Of a stretch of 64,000 nucleotides of DNA, positions 19,884 through 29,194 are shown in pieces (within the stretch, counting starts at the first letter, position 1; the number at the start of each line of letters is the position of its first letter). Origin of the DNA: Methanotrichaceae archaeon. GTDB taxonomy: Archaea > Halobacteriota > Methanosarcinia > Methanotrichales > Methanotrichaceae. Where the stretch lies: contig CAVVKN010000010.1 of assembly GCA_963748825.1 (NCBI GenBank), forward strand, positions 1 to 64,000. The letters run 5' to 3'. A model generated the notes under the pieces. The model searched no databases, was not told the DNA's origin, and saw only the letters and a list, made by a program, of their open reading frames with translations. The position numbers were made by a program, and so were the translations under genes.

Positions 19884-20483
19884 CTACAGCCTGGTCCACG
19901 GCCCGTTCTGGTTGTAGGTCGTCTGGTCAGCCATTTTGCCCGCCAGGGCATTGATGATATCAATGGGGGCCGAGCTGGCATAGACCTCCATTCCCGTCAT
20001 GGGGTCCAGATAGGCGTAGACAAGATTGCCTGTCTTGGCATCCGGATAGGTAGAATATGTAAAGAAGGGCTTTGACGTGGTGGGACTCAGGAAGCGGTAG
20101 ATCTTTTTCCCGGTCAAAGGATCGGAGTAGGTCTCCATGGGAAAACCGGTATCAGGATCTGTGTAGGTCTCACCGAGCCAGTTGCTGGACAGATTCAAGA
20201 GCGGCCGGAGGTAGTAGGGATCTGTTACCAGATTGCCATCGACTATCTTGCTGCCCAGAGGAGCATTGCCCCAGTTCCATAAGTCGCTGCCGTTCTCTTC
20301 GCTCTTATTGCCTTCCATCACCGGAACGGGCTTTGCATTTGCATTCTTATCCTTAAAATCCTTTATCCATTTCTGGGCAAATTCACCACTCACGCTCTGG
20401 AAGCCGGGTGGGGTGCTCTGGCTGCTTGAGACCGCTAAGAAAAGACATAATATAATAGCTGCAGATTTGACGCTCATACTCAT
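19884..20483 (-). CDS. Secreted DPxTG-repeat family protein (paralogue 3)
   Basis: Signal peptide; FQSVSGEFA, LWNWGNAPLG, DGNLVTDP and DPDTG/DPLTG/DAKTG/DPMTG repeats. Confidence 0.8.
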   Translation of the reverse strand: MSMSVKSAAIILCLFLAVSSSQSTPPGFQSVSGEFAQKWIKDFKDKNANAKPVPVMEGNKSEENGSDLWNWGNAPLGSKIVDGNLVTDPYYLRPLLNLSSNWLGETYTDPDTGFPMETYSDPLTGKKIYRFLSPTTSKPFFTYSTYPDAKTGNLVYAYLDPMTGMEVYASSAPIDIINALAGKMADQTTYNQNGPWTRL

Positions 20484-20526
20484 CCCTACTCATCCCTTTC
20501 CTGCCCTTGGCAAATGCCAGGCGATA

Positions 20527-21042
20527 CTATTCAATCTTTCTGGCCGCAACCTCAATGGCCCGGATGACGCTGTCTCTGGGAATTATGGTGGCCACGGGAA
20601 TGGAGAGCAGCTTCTCCACGGTAGGGCTGACGATGGGGGCGCAAACCAGGGCGGAGGCTCCATCTCGCTCTGCTCTTATGGCAGCGATGATGGCCTCCTC
20701 GATAGTGGTGGCCGAATACTCCCGCAAGGTTAGCATCTTGTCTCCAATCTTCATCTTCTTCTCGCTGATCTTGTCCAGAACAGGCCGGGCAGCGATAATG
20801 GCTATGAAGTTTCCTTCCGAGCCTTCCAGCTGGCGAATCGTCTTCACAATCTGGCGCAATGTAGTGATATTTGGGTCTCTGTGGCCGGAGAGGATCTTGT
20901 AGAGAGTGCTCTGCGGAATTGTCGAGACCTTGGAAAATTCCCGAGCGGAAAGCCCCAGCTCCCTGAAGACCTCTTTCAAGGTCTCCCGCAGTCTCTCGTC
21001 CGACTGGAAGGCCGCCCTCATCACCCTCTCCACATTTGGCAT
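20527..21042 (-). CDS. XRE-family HTH transcriptional regulator with C-terminal alpha/beta domain
   Basis: LSAREFSKVSTIPQSTLYKILSGHRDPNITTL HTH; divergent from cysteate synthase. Confidence 0.85.
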   Translation of the reverse strand: MPNVERVMRAAFQSDERLRETLKEVFRELGLSAREFSKVSTIPQSTLYKILSGHRDPNITTLRQIVKTIRQLEGSEGNFIAIIAARPVLDKISEKKMKIGDKMLTLREYSATTIEEAIIAAIRAERDGASALVCAPIVSPTVEKLLSIPVATIIPRDSVIRAIEVAARKIE

Positions 21043-21162
21043 ACTATTGGACAATGTATCTCAAATATTTCTACTTTTGGGTTGAGAGACCTTCACCCAG
21101 GGAAAGCATTAATATCCAGTATGGCTAACATTTAGGCCAATGGTATTATTCCTGATATCTAT

Positions 21163-21223
21163 TTTCCCAATTAGGACAAACTTTGTCCCCAAATAGAAAA
21201 CGTTATATTCTCCATTTGGAGAA
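21163..21223 (+). promoter_or_regulatory. Cysteate synthase promoter with three palindromic operator-like boxes
   Basis: TTTCC-N6-GGACA (21163-78), TGTCC-N6-AGAAA (21184-99), TTCTCCATTTGGAGAA (21208-23) around BRE/TATA-like GAAAACGTTATATTC. Confidence 0.55.
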
Positions 21224-21232
21224 GTTGCCTCT

Positions 21233-22462
21233 ATGGGCGAATATCTGCTCCGATGTGTGAGCGACAGATCTGTGCAGCCAGCCTATTCCCTCAGTTGTCC
21301 CCATGACAATTCGCTTCTGCGCGCCGATTACCTGGCTAAGCAGATAGAGCTGAAGAGCCTGCCCGGCATCTGGCGCTTCCTGGACTGGCTTCCCGTGCAG
21401 GGAATCATAGCCGAGGCACAAGGCGTGCCTGTGACCTACAAGAGCCGGGGACTGGCAGAGGAGCTGGGACTGGAAAACCTTTACATCAGCTTCAACGGCT
21501 ACTGGCCGGAGCGCGGGGCAACGATGCCCACCTGCAGCTTCAAGGATCTGGAGGCCGCGCCTAGCATGCAGATGCTGTTGGAGCGCGGCGACAACCCCAC
21601 GCTGGTAGTGGCCTCGGCAGGCAACACCGCCCGCGCCTTTGCCCACGTGGCTTTTCTCACCGGCCAGCCTCTGGTTCTTTTCGTTCCGGAAAAAGCCCTG
21701 GCCAGAATGTGGACAACCGCGCCCGCAGGGGCAGGCACGAGCCATGTGACTCTAATAGCCGTGCAGGGCGATTACTACGATGCCATTCAAATAGCGGAAA
21801 AGGTGCAATCCCTGCCCGGCTTTGCGGCAGAGGGCGGGGCGAGAAACATCGCCCGCCGGGACGGCATGGGCACAGTGATGCTCGACGCCGCCCTGAGCCT
21901 GGGCAAAATTCCCCAGCACTACTTCCAGGCGGTGGGAAGCGGCACGGGCGGCATATCCGCCTGGGAGGCCGCTCTTCGCCTGAACAAGGACGGCCGTTAC
22001 GGCTCTCATCTTCCCAGGCTTCATTTGGCCCAAAATATTCCCAATGCGCCCATCTACTGTGCCTGGACGGGAAAAGAACAACAGCCCCCCTGCAGCGATA
22101 TGTTCGATGATGTTCTCTTCAACCGAAAGCCGCCCTATGCCATCCCAGGCGGTGTAAGAGACGCTCTGCAAGAAACCCGTGGCGAGGTCTACGGCATAAC
22201 AGACAGCCAGGCAGCAGCAGCCAAGAAGCTCTTTGAGCAGTCTGAGGAAATCGACATTCTCAATGCTCCGGCAATAGCCGTGGCAGCGCTAGAGCAGGCG
22301 GCAATATCAGGCAGCATTCAACCCAAAGATATCATTCTTCTTAATATCACAGGTGGAGGCAAAGCCAGGATCAGAGAGGAGCATACCCTGCGCAGGCTTA
22401 CGCCGCAAATCACCGTCTCCCACTGGGAGCAGGCAGTGCAATTTCTGGAGGGCAAGAAATGA
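21233..22462 (+). CDS. Cysteate synthase (threonine synthase-like PLP enzyme, coenzyme M biosynthesis)
   Basis: [19 protein letters not shown] (PLP Lys), [36 protein letters not shown]. Confidence 0.92.
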   Translation: MGEYLLRCVSDRSVQPAYSLSCPHDNSLLRADYLAKQIELKSLPGIWRFLDWLPVQGIIAEAQGVPVTYKSRGLAEELGLENLYISFNGYWPERGATMPTCSFKDLEAAPSMQMLLERGDNPTLVVASAGNTARAFAHVAFLTGQPLVLFVPEKALARMWTTAPAGAGTSHVTLIAVQGDYYDAIQIAEKVQSLPGFAAEGGARNIARRDGMGTVMLDAALSLGKIPQHYFQAVGSGTGGISAWEAALRLNKDGRYGSHLPRLHLAQNIPNAPIYCAWTGKEQQPPCSDMFDDVLFNRKPPYAIPGGVRDALQETRGEVYGITDSQAAAAKKLFEQSEEIDILNAPAIAVAALEQAAISGSIQPKDIILLNITGGGKARIREEHTLRRLTPQITVSHWEQAVQFLEGKK

Positions 22463-23295
22463 GCCAGGCAATCAGCCAGAGTATGAGCGAGGCCATGGGC
22501 CCGACGCTCAGCCAGACAATCAATCCGATGATCAATACTGCAATCAAGCCCCTGACATTAACCATTCAGGGCGGCGTGGACAAGGACGGCCATACCGATG
22601 CCGTATCCGAGATCGAGATAGCTCATGGAGAGATAATAGGAATAGTAGGACCCACCGGTTCAGGCAAGAGTACTCTTATTGCCGACATTGAGCAGTTCGC
22701 CTCAGGCGACACGCCGTCAGGCAGAAGGATTCTTATAAACGGTCTTGAGCCTGCGGCGGAGCTACGAAGCGATCCCCGGAAGAAGCTGGTGGCCCAGCTC
22801 TCCCAAAATATGCACTTTCTGGCCGATATGTCTGTGGGCGAATTTTTGAGAATGCATGCCAAATCCCGGGGCAAGGACCCCAGGCTGGCAGACAAGGTCA
22901 TAGCTCTGGCCAACACCCTGACGGGAGAGCCGGTCAATCCCGCCTTCCAGCTCACCATTCTCAGCGGCGGCCAGTCGAGGGCTCTCATGGTTGCAGACAT
23001 TGCAGTCATCAGCGACTCGCCCATCGTGCTCATAGACGAGATTGAAAATGCAGGCATAAAGAAGCAGGAGGCGCTGCGGCTCCTGTCCGGCGAGGGGAAG
23101 ATTGTGGTAGTAGTAACTCACGATCCCATGCTGGCCCTCATGGCCCCCCGTCGCATTGTCATGAAGAACGGAGGCATGACCAAGGTCATCAGCACCAACG
23201 AGGATGAGCAGAGGATCTTCAAGGATGTCGAGCGGGTGGACGGTTGGCTCACAGCGTTGCGGGAGACCATTCGTCAGGGCGAGGTAGTAGCTTGA
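22459..23295 (+). CDS. ABC-type ATPase with no adjacent permease
   Basis: Walker [14 protein letters not shown] signature, VLIDE Walker B, VTHD switch; ATGA overlap with cysteate synthase. Confidence 0.88.
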   Translation: MSQAISQSMSEAMGPTLSQTINPMINTAIKPLTLTIQGGVDKDGHTDAVSEIEIAHGEIIGIVGPTGSGKSTLIADIEQFASGDTPSGRRILINGLEPAAELRSDPRKKLVAQLSQNMHFLADMSVGEFLRMHAKSRGKDPRLADKVIALANTLTGEPVNPAFQLTILSGGQSRALMVADIAVISDSPIVLIDEIENAGIKKQEALRLLSGEGKIVVVVTHDPMLALMAPRRIVMKNGGMTKVISTNEDEQRIFKDVERVDGWLTALRETIRQGEVVA

Positions 23296-23990
23296 AGATG
23301 GTGGTAGTGGCCGGCACGCCAGGCTCGGGCAAGACCTCAGTGCTCATGCATGCCGTGAAGGATCTGGTCCGGGCCGGCCATGCCCCGGCGCTCGTCAAGA
23401 TCGACTGCATGTGGACCGAGGACGACGCCCGGTTCAAGCGGCTGAAGGTGCCCGTGGCCGTGGGACTCTCCAAGGATATGTGCCCGGACCACTACGCCAT
23501 CTACAACTTTGACGAGATGCTGGAGTGGGCGGCAGCTCAAGGAGCGGACATCATGCTCAATGAGACTGCCGGGCTGTGTCTGCGCTGTGCTCCTTACCCG
23601 GACAAGGCTCTGGCCATCTGCGTGATCGACGTTACAACGGGCCCCAACAGCCCCTTAAAAGTCGGGCCGCTGCTCACCACTGCCGATGCTGCGGTCATGA
23701 CCAAGGGCGATCTCGTCTCCCAGGCGGAGAGGGAGGTCTTCCGGGAGCGCATTTTGGAGGCAAATCCCGGATGCCGGATCATCGAGGCCAACGGGCTCAC
23801 GGGCAAGGGCTCGGGGGAGCTGGCGGAATTGATGGCAAGCTGGCCGGACATCTCCGGGGAGATGGTCTTGCGGCACAATCCGCCTCTGGCCATCTGCACT
23901 TTATGCACGGGGGAGCTTCGTGTCTCCAAGGAGCATCACCGGGGAGTGCTGCGGCATTTGGACGGCTTCATGGAGTACACCGGCGAGTGA
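23292..23990 (+). CDS. HypB/UreG/CobW-like G3E GTPase (metallochaperone)
   Basis: [27 protein letters not shown] motifs; C-terminal CTLC. Confidence 0.85.
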   Translation: MKMVVVAGTPGSGKTSVLMHAVKDLVRAGHAPALVKIDCMWTEDDARFKRLKVPVAVGLSKDMCPDHYAIYNFDEMLEWAAAQGADIMLNETAGLCLRCAPYPDKALAICVIDVTTGPNSPLKVGPLLTTADAAVMTKGDLVSQAEREVFRERILEANPGCRIIEANGLTGKGSGELAELMASWPDISGEMVLRHNPPLAICTLCTGELRVSKEHHRGVLRHLDGFMEYTGE

Positions 23991-24076
23991 GGAAGAAGTC
24001 TAAAGAATAGGCTCTTCGCTATCTATGGTTGTGAATAGTCGTTAGCCACTGGCGATAACCTATGGGCTGCGGAAAA

Positions 24077-24186
24077 TAACCGCAGAGTCGCAGAGAGCAC
24101 AGAGGACGAACGGACGGAGACGACTATATCTGGTCTGATAATGAGGTAAATTTCACGTCTCTGCGAACTCTGCGCCTCTGCGGTTA
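24077..24186. repeat. 110-bp inverted-repeat element with (CG)CAGAG-repeat arms
   Basis: TAACCGCAGAGTCGCAGAGAGCACAGAG (24077-104) pairs with 24159-186 at 24/28 positions. Confidence 0.8.
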
Positions 24187-24255
24187 ATAATCATTGCCTA
24201 TACAAAATAAAGAAGAAACAAGGAATCGAGCTAGAGAATATCTGAGGAGATAAAA

Positions 24256-24882
24256 ATGTTGCAGATCGAGAAGCTCTTGCCAGGCTACAACTGCGGGGAG
24301 TGCGGCCTTTCCAGTTGCCGGGAGTTTGCCGCCAAGCTGGTGGACGTGGCCGGGCTGGACAGGTGCACTATTCTCAAGCAGGAGAGATTCAAGGGCCGGT
24401 CGGAGCAGATTGCCAAGCTGCTGGCCTGCTCGGAGAAGACCGAGGATATCATCGGCGTTCTGGACGGCCTGAGGGCGGACTTTGCCTTAGCGCCGCTGCC
24501 GGGCGAGCCCTCCTGCCGGGAAGATCTGCATCCCTTCAATCCCGAGGCGCATCTCAAAGAGGGCGACATCTTCCGCTACCGGCCTTTGGGCTGTCCCATC
24601 ACTCATTTTGCTAAAGTGCTCAAGAACGACCGGGGAATTGTCACTGTGCATCTGGTGGGGCCGGTGCACCTGCTACAGGGGCTGCCCGCGCCGGAGGACA
24701 TCGGCATCTGCATGGTGGCCGCCTTCGAGGGCGTGGTGAGCCGGGGCAAGAGGCCGGAGGTAGGCGAGACGGTGCGATTTCTGCCCGAGCACTGCATGAT
24801 GCAGAAGGTGCACTCGGGAGTGGTGGTGCACTCCGAGGGGATGATGGTGAGGATCGAGGGGATCGATTTGAAGGTGTGGTAG
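24256..24882 (+). CDS. Fe-S cluster-binding protein
   Basis: LLPGYNCGECGLSSCREFA...RC N-terminal FeS domain; RPLGCPITH, HCMMQKVHSG. Confidence 0.85.
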   Translation: MLQIEKLLPGYNCGECGLSSCREFAAKLVDVAGLDRCTILKQERFKGRSEQIAKLLACSEKTEDIIGVLDGLRADFALAPLPGEPSCREDLHPFNPEAHLKEGDIFRYRPLGCPITHFAKVLKNDRGIVTVHLVGPVHLLQGLPAPEDIGICMVAAFEGVVSRGKRPEVGETVRFLPEHCMMQKVHSGVVVHSEGMMVRIEGIDLKVW

Positions 24883-25725
24883 AGTTGATATCAGCTATCC
24901 TTAAAATTTAATTTTGGTTGAGTGGACACTTTTATTAGCACACGGAATAACCGATCTGATGGTGAGAACTTGAGCACTTGTGAGCATAGTGAAATTTATT
25001 GCATAAATGCATACGAATATATTAGAAAATATAAATGTAAATCTTGTGGCGAAGTGATGATGTGCAAATGCGAAGAAGACTTTGGTCGATGCTTTTTGCC
25101 CCATCAATTGAATTCTGGCACAGACCTTGTTACAAAAGAAGAGACAAAGGTTACTTTAGGATTCCAGGAAGGTGTTTGTAACAAGTGCCGAGGCATTCCA
25201 GAAGAGGCTCATCCTAGAGCTGAAATCTACGGATGTAGCACAAAGATACGTAGATATTATTGGCGAGAGATCGAATGTGAGACTATAAGAAGGTTTGGTG
25301 AATGGGCTGAAAGGCATGGTTATTCAAAATGGCTTGATGCTCGTTTCAAACATAAGGACATTTATGAATCGATAGAGAAGAAAATCATAGAAGAAGTCAA
25401 AGAACTACACCAGCATCGCCCCAAATACACTTATAATGAAGAATCTCAAAACGATATCATTGTTAATAATAATATTGATATAATTAATATAAAAGGTGTT
25501 TATATCAAAGATAGTGGAAAAGGCGTAAAAATTCTTGATGGAACTGAACCGTCTTCAGCAGAAGATTTTGCAGCTCATTATTTCGAAGGACTGGGATTTA
25601 ATGTAGTATTTATGGAAAGCATCCCTTTGCATGCTTTATTCGGCGTTCTCATGTTCTTTCTTTTATAGGACCCACTTGATCCCAAGATAAGGATGGTAGG
25701 GTTTGGTAGTCGCGAAGCTTTCGAT

Positions 25726-27374
25726 CCTGACCTCCCCATGATTTAGGCATATTTAAACAATTTTCGTTATCTATAGCCGAAATCTATAAATAATATTATG
25801 TGCATAAATATGCACATGAAATCGTTTAATCGAATAAAAAATATAAGTGGAATTGAATACATATACAAAATCACTCCTTACTACGACAAAGAAAAGAAGA
25901 AAATTCGCCAGAAGAGCAAGTACCTCGGCAAGAATGTTAATGGAGTTCCTGTCAAGGTCCGATCTCAGGGAAAAATACCAAAGAAAGTTCTATCACATGG
26001 CGAATTCGTTCCACTGAAAAAGATAACAGAAGACCTTAAACTAGACGAAATTCTCTCTGGAGTCTTGCCCAGCAAAGAAGTCTGGCCTGTTTTAACTCTG
26101 GCTATGAATTTTGCTTTGCGTCCCCGAGCATTAACCCATATCCAAAGCTGGTATGAAGGCACAATTCTATCGGAAGACCATCCTGATCTTCCCCTATCCT
26201 CTCAGAGCCTTTCTCGAATGCTAAGCCGTATCGGTGAGAGCACCGCGAATCTGGAATTCGCTCATCGACTAATCCAAAGAATCTCAACATGCAGCACTCT
26301 GGTTTATGATATCACTTCTTTGTCCTCTTACTCTCAAAACATAGGCCTACTGGAATACGGTTATAATCGAGATGGTCTCGATCTGCCTCAGATCAACCTG
26401 TCTCTGATTGTGGACAAGGATCTAGGCATACCGGTAATGTATGATCTATATCCAGGAAGCATCTCGGATGTAACTACCCTCACGAATACAGTCAAAAAAA
26501 TAAAGGCCCTGGGTGTTCAGAATTATACTATGATCATGGATCGTGGTTTCTTCTCGACTGCCAATATCCATGAGATGGTCTCAGCGGATTTGTCGTTCAT
26601 CATCCCCCCAACAAGTACTCTCAAAAATGTCAAAGAGGCGATATCCGCCATCCATAGCAGCATCGATGATCCTGAGAATTTGGAACTCTACGAGAAAGAA
26701 CCGCTTTTTGTCATGCCTGTGGACATCGAGGTAGGCAAAAACAAGCTGAAAGGATACGCATATTACGATCAGAAGCGAGAGCAGTTGGAACGAAGTACTC
26801 TCTATAAGCGGCTATACGATTTAATGGAACGGCTCAAGGCTGTGACCTTAAAGAGCTGGATGATTCCGAGTGTGGTTTTCAGGGAAACGGCAAAAAAGGA
26901 TGCCAAGTTCATCGAATGGAAAGCAATTGACGGAAAATTTGAGGTCTCCCTCAGAAAAAATGCCGTCTCTCAGGCCATCAATAAGATGGGTAAGTTTATT
27001 CTGCTGTATCGGGGCGAGTTTTCTTGGAATGATTGTCTTTCACTTTACAGAAGCAAGGATGTCGTCGAGAAAGGATTCGATGTATTGAAGAACGACATTG
27101 AACTGATGCCAACAAACCTAAGAACCAATAACAGTTTGAGTGGCTATCTGTTCGTCGCTTTTCTTGCTCTGATCTTAAGAATGAAGCTGACCAGGCTCAT
27201 GGTCAATGCCGAGCTGAATAAACGATATTCAGTGGAAGGACTGCTCACTGAACTAGAAAAGATCAAGCTAATGATCTTGCCGGATGGCGAGAAAATCACA
27301 ACTGAGATTACCAAGAAACAGCGAGAAATCCTGGATGCACTTCATATGTGTGCCTAAACTTTGGGGAGGTCAGG
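25726..27374 (+). mobile_element. IS1634-family insertion sequence
   Basis: Terminal IRs CCTGACCTCCCCATGATTTAGGCA / TGCCTAAACTTTGGGGAGGTCAGG; 6-bp target duplication TTCGAT at 25720-25725 and 27375-27380. Confidence 0.93.
25798..27357 (+). CDS. IS1634-family DDE transposase
   Basis: YDITS, YGYNRDG..LPQINL, MDRGF, YRSKDVVEKGF motifs; intact 519-aa ORF. Confidence 0.93.
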   Translation: MCINMHMKSFNRIKNISGIEYIYKITPYYDKEKKKIRQKSKYLGKNVNGVPVKVRSQGKIPKKVLSHGEFVPLKKITEDLKLDEILSGVLPSKEVWPVLTLAMNFALRPRALTHIQSWYEGTILSEDHPDLPLSSQSLSRMLSRIGESTANLEFAHRLIQRISTCSTLVYDITSLSSYSQNIGLLEYGYNRDGLDLPQINLSLIVDKDLGIPVMYDLYPGSISDVTTLTNTVKKIKALGVQNYTMIMDRGFFSTANIHEMVSADLSFIIPPTSTLKNVKEAISAIHSSIDDPENLELYEKEPLFVMPVDIEVGKNKLKGYAYYDQKREQLERSTLYKRLYDLMERLKAVTLKSWMIPSVVFRETAKKDAKFIEWKAIDGKFEVSLRKNAVSQAINKMGKFILLYRGEFSWNDCLSLYRSKDVVEKGFDVLKNDIELMPTNLRTNNSLSGYLFVAFLALILRMKLTRLMVNAELNKRYSVEGLLTELEKIKLMILPDGEKITTEITKKQREILDALHMCA

Positions 27375-27479
27375 TTCGATATGGGTGTCACTGAAAAGCC
27401 TATAAATACCTTGCTTCCTCAGGATTTACATCACCGCTATATGCCGCAATATTTAATTTCACAGGCCCCATATGGAATA

Positions 27480-28310
27480 ATGGGTGTAACGATGCCAGCC
27501 GCCGGAACAGACACCAAATCATTGAGCAATGCCTGGAAGAAAACCAATGAACAGGAACTCTTCAATAACCTGAAAATAGACTATGGCTTCTCTCAGGCTC
27601 TTGCCAGATCACTTGTACAGCTCATGCATGAGCATATCGAGACCAGCTATGGCAATCTCCGAGGAGACTCACAGGTCGTCTATCATGCAGTCAGTGTTCA
27701 AGAGGGTCCGGGAAAGTCATTAGACCACCTTCGTCTTGTACCGGTTACACTCACGATATCCCATCCTGATGATGCAAAGGTTCTGAAAGAACAGGGTGTT
27801 CCAGGCCTGCGCAAACACAAGCTCCTCAGATTTGCGAATGAAGCATATGATCAGGGCGGTCTTCTCATCCAGGAAGATCTCGCATTGCTCCTTACAACCT
27901 GCATCCGTACCATTCAAAGAGATATGCATGAGATGCGGCAGCAGGGTATCGTGGTTCCGACTCGTGGCGAGATCCAGGATATCGGACCGACCGTCTCCCA
28001 TAAAACGAAGATCATTGAGCTTTATCTCAAAGGATACGAATACACTGAGATCGAACAGAGAACTCGTCATACCGGGGAGTCCATCAAAAGGTACATCAGT
28101 GGATTCTCAAAGGTAGTTCTTCTCTCAGATCAGGGATACTCTATCTTCCAAATCCGAGAACTAACCAATTCTTCGGAAAAAGTCATCACTGAGTATCTCT
28201 CATTGTACGAGACCTATAAAGTGATCGGCTCTGATCGACTCGCACAGATCACCTCCACCTCGATTGAAAAGCTCGATTCGAAAAAAGGGGGTCTGGGGGT
28301 AAGACAATGA
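27480..28310 (+). CDS. DUF1670-like protein (copy A)
   Basis: EAYDQGGLLIQEDLALLL...TIQRD...PTRGEIQDIGPTVSHK...HTGESIKRY; start ATG 27480 or 27492 (upstream in-frame part belongs to the IS end and VRR-NUC remnant). Confidence 0.8.
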   Translation: MGVTMPAAGTDTKSLSNAWKKTNEQELFNNLKIDYGFSQALARSLVQLMHEHIETSYGNLRGDSQVVYHAVSVQEGPGKSLDHLRLVPVTLTISHPDDAKVLKEQGVPGLRKHKLLRFANEAYDQGGLLIQEDLALLLTTCIRTIQRDMHEMRQQGIVVPTRGEIQDIGPTVSHKTKIIELYLKGYEYTEIEQRTRHTGESIKRYISGFSKVVLLSDQGYSIFQIRELTNSSEKVITEYLSLYETYKVIGSDRLAQITSTSIEKLDSKKGGLGVRQ

Positions 28311-29068
28311 CATCATCAGCTGCACCTCAAGGAAAGGGGATTCATGGTGCAATAAAGCACCTCCTGGAAGAACAATATGCATTTGTCGGCGGCGATCGTG
28401 TCCAGGACATGCTTATCGGAGATTTAATTAAGATTTTTCAGCAGTACTCGCGAGACCCATGGAATCTTGAAGTGGGACAGACACTCTGGTTCGCCGTTCA
28501 TATAGATGAAAAACCAGGTCCAGGGAAGACACTTGCCAAAATGAGAGTTGTTCCGACTATTCTCTCCTTAACACACGAGGAAGATAAGCAGATGCGAACC
28601 AATGGCTATTCCCATCAGGAAGTGAGGAGATATCGTGTGGCCAGAATGCTAAAGGAGGCATATGCTCAGAATGGAGTGCTAACACAAGCGGATGTTGCTG
28701 AATTGATTGGAGTGAGTGCCGGAACTATTGGCAAGGATATCAAAGCATATCAGACTGAGCAAGGCGTTATCTTGCCATATCGAGGAACTGTCCATGATAT
28801 CGGACCATCAATGACTCACAAGAAGGTAATTATCGCCAAGTTCCTACAGAATATTCCGACACCAGATATCGCACGTATGACACAGCATACAGAAGAAGCA
28901 TGTGATCGATATATCAAGGCATTCAAGAAAGTCAGTATGGTGCACGGGAAGATGAAGCCATTAGAGATCGCTCGAATTCTTGGGATGAGTGAGAGATTGG
29001 TAAATGAGTATATTGCACTTATCGAAGAGCAGAGAACTATTGAAGGAGAAGGTAATCATGTTAGCTGA
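28307..29068 (+). CDS. DUF1670-like protein (copy B)
   Basis: EAYAQNGVLTQADVAELI...TIGKD...PYRGTVHDIGPSMTHK...HTEEACDRY; ATGA overlap with copy A. Confidence 0.82.
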   Translation: MTSSAAPQGKGIHGAIKHLLEEQYAFVGGDRVQDMLIGDLIKIFQQYSRDPWNLEVGQTLWFAVHIDEKPGPGKTLAKMRVVPTILSLTHEEDKQMRTNGYSHQEVRRYRVARMLKEAYAQNGVLTQADVAELIGVSAGTIGKDIKAYQTEQGVILPYRGTVHDIGPSMTHKKVIIAKFLQNIPTPDIARMTQHTEEACDRYIKAFKKVSMVHGKMKPLEIARILGMSERLVNEYIALIEEQRTIEGEGNHVS

Positions 29069-29194
29069 ACAGATGTTTGGGGCAGGCGACATATGCCGTC
29101 ATTTTTGTAATCTGTATGGATACTGAAAACAATTCGTTTGGTATCTGGGAGATGAATCCCGCCGCGAAGTAACGGCGCGAGGAAGCAGGGTTGT

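Larger units (their letters stand above)
24922..27427 (+). pseudogene. VRR-NUC/FAN1-like nuclease gene, disrupted
   Basis: Cys-rich N-terminus, AEDFAAHYF...ESIPLHALFG; in-frame TAG at 25666; frame continues DPLDPKIRMVGFGSREAFD up to IS1634 and resumes MGVTEKPINTLLPQD after it, then is lost. Confidence 0.6.

Noticed and set aside
25666-25668. Pyrrolysine read-through of in-frame TAG here and in the TPR pseudogene near 13607
   Set aside because: Both genes carry other lesions, each TAG is one substitution from CAG or TGG, and no pyl genes are in the window
27348-27479. N-terminal extension of the first DUF1670-like ORF
   Set aside because: It consists of the IS1634 right end and the VRR-NUC remnant fused in frame by chance
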